The notes below the pieces were generated by a model. The model made no database searches and had not been told where the DNA came from. It worked only from the letters and a program-made list of their open reading frames with translations. Positions 61,943 through 64,000 of a stretch of 64,000 nucleotides of DNA are shown here, in pieces. The stretch lies in the NCBI RefSeq assembly GCF_009914755.1, contig NC_060941.1; one strand, written 5' to 3'. Both the position numbers and the translations under genes were made by a program. Source of the DNA: the human T2T-CHM13v2.0 reference genome, Homo sapiens. Position 1 is the first letter of the stretch. Each line of letters starts with the position of its first letter.

Positions 61943-62353
61943 TGCAATCAATCTTAATGAAAGAATTAAGTCAGAAAGATTTAAGTCATACGAAGTATGT
62001 TCCCTGACCACATGGCAATCAAGTCACAAATTAGTAACAAAATATCTCATCAAAATATTCAAATATTTTAAAACAAAGTAATACACATCTAAATAACCCT
62101 AGGTCAAAGACACGATGCAAAGAGAAATTAGAGAGTATTTTGAACTGAATGAAAATGAAAATACTACATATCAGGATTTGTGGAACACAGCTACAACAGT
62201 ACTTAAAATTTTTTAGCACTTAATGTCTATATTAGAAGACTCTCAAGTCAATGGTCTTGACTTTTATCTTAAGAAACTAAAAAAAGAGAAGAAACTGAAA
62301 AAGAAGAACAAATTAAACTCAAAGCAAGCAGAGGAAATGATACAATAAGCATC

Positions 62354-62705
62354 TGGTATTGTCTGACATTTGCATCCTCCCAGAACTCATATGCTGAAAC
62401 TTAATCACAGAGGTGATGTTATCAGAAGCTGGGGCTTTGTGGAGGTAATTAGCTCATGGGAGCCAAGCCCTCATTAGTGGGATTAGTGCCCTTATATATA
62501 TAGACCCCAGAGGGCTCATTCACCTGTTCTGCCATGTGAGGACACAGGGGGAAAAAAGAGATCTATGAACCAGGAATTGGTCCCTCACCAGACACCAAAT
62601 CTGCCAGCACCTAGATCTTGGACTTTTGTGAGAAATCTATTTCTGTTGTTTATAAGCTACCCAGTCTATGGTATTTTGTTATAGCAGGCCGAACAGACCA
62701 AAACA
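62354..62705 (+). mobile_element. MLT1A/MST-type MaLR solo LTR
   Basis: gggattagtgcccttat...gccatgtgaggacacag...ggtattttgttatagcag. Confidence 0.8.
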
Positions 62706-63289
62706 TCAAAGATGAAACCAATAAAATGGAAAAACAATAGGAAAAAAATCAATAAAACCACACACTATGAGGAGGTCAATAAAAGTGATAAAACTCTAGC
62801 CAGGTTGATCATAAAAAAGAAGATGCAAATTACTAATTTCAGAAACATAGTAATATGACATTTTTATAGATTCTACAGATACTAAAAGAATAGAAATATA
62901 ATAAGGTAAGCTTTATGTGACTAAACATGACAACTTTGATAAAATGGACACTTTCCCTGAAAAACAAAAATTACCAAGGTCCAATTTAAGAAGGAATAAC
63001 ATGAACTGTCCTATATCTATAAAAGAAAGCATAAGTAAAGCCTTCCTAGAAAGAAAACTCCAGGCCCAGATAGCTATGCTGGTGAATTCTACCAAATATT
63101 TAAGAAGCAATATAACAATTTTACATGACCTGTCCCCCGCCCTCAAAAAAAAAAAAAAAATAGAGGAGAAATACAACTCATTCTGTCACTCTAGCATTAC
63201 CCTGAACCAAAATCTGACAATGATATTACAAAAAGAGAAAACTCCCTCATGAACACGGACGTAAAAATGTAACCAGTTTCTCAAGAAAC

Positions 63290-63845
63290 CAAGATATCCT
63301 CCTTTAGGTGAGTGAACAACTTCTGGTACAGCCATGCGATAATGAGCTATCATGCCATGAGAAGACATGAAGGAACCACAAAGGCATATTACCAAGTGAA
63401 AGATGCCAGTCTAAAGGCTACACGCTGTCTGATACCAACTAAATGACATTTTGGAAAAGGCAAAACTATAGACACAGTAAAAAAAGTCAGTGGTTGCCAA
63501 GAGTTGGGGAGGGAAGGTGGGAAAAGATGAACAGATGAAGCACAAAGGAGTTTTAAAGCTCTGAAATTACTTTGGATAATACTACAGTGATAAATACATG
63601 TCCTTATACTTTTGTCCAAATTCACAGAATATAAGACACCGAGACTGAACCCTAATATAAACTATGGACTTTGGGTGATTATGATTATCAATTCAGGAAC
63701 ATCAATGAGATCAAGTGTAGCACTCTGGTGAGGATATTGATAATTGTGGAGGCTATGCACGTGTGGGGGCAGGGAGTACAGGGATAATCTCTGTGCCTTA
63801 CTTTCAATTTTGCTGTGAAGCTAAACTACTCTAAAAAATAGTCTT
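63290..63845 (+). mobile_element. L1MD-like 3' UTR fragment
   Basis: gaaccctaatataaactatggactttgggtgatt...ttttgctgtgaagctaaactactctaaaaa. Confidence 0.6.
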
Positions 63846-64000
63846 TTAAAACGCTCTAAATAAAGCTTTGGCAAATCAAATCCAATGATACATTAGAAGG
63901 ATAATACATCATAAACAAGTGGGGTTTATCCCTAAATACACGGTTTGTTTGACAGTAAAATATAAGTATTCACCACATTAAAAAACTAAAAGAGAAGAAC

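Overview
Primate, most likely human, genomic DNA that is AT-rich and largely made of interspersed repeats. The only host gene is the 3' half of a CCDC144-family (ANKRD26-derived coiled-coil) gene on the minus strand. I traced 11 AG/GT-bounded exons between 58708 and 12881, and the gene continues past the right edge. Two single-base deletions (about 54328 and about 22442) break the reading frame. With the minus orientation, this best fits the CCDC144B pseudogene paralog in the 17p11.2 segmental duplications; the paralog name is inferred, not proven. The rest is nested mobile DNA: several L1 generations, about 20 Alu/FAM/FLAM copies, THE1, MER4A, MLT1 and ERV1 LTRs, MER1B, MER47, Tigger2, L2 and MIR, plus a very young RPS28 processed pseudogene. 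The most unusual items are: (1) a 1.8-kb non-L1, non-coding sequence retrotransposed into an old L1, with a TSD, ATTAAA and an A26 tail, carrying a near-consensus SOX2-OCT4 composite motif; (2) an L2-derived cassette exon that switches the reading frame of the terminal exon; (3) a (TA)n-bracketed templated copy of nearby L1 sequence. I see no CRISPR array, RNA gene or novel multi-gene system. Repeat subfamily names and homolog comparisons come from memory and need RepeatMasker/BLAST confirmation.
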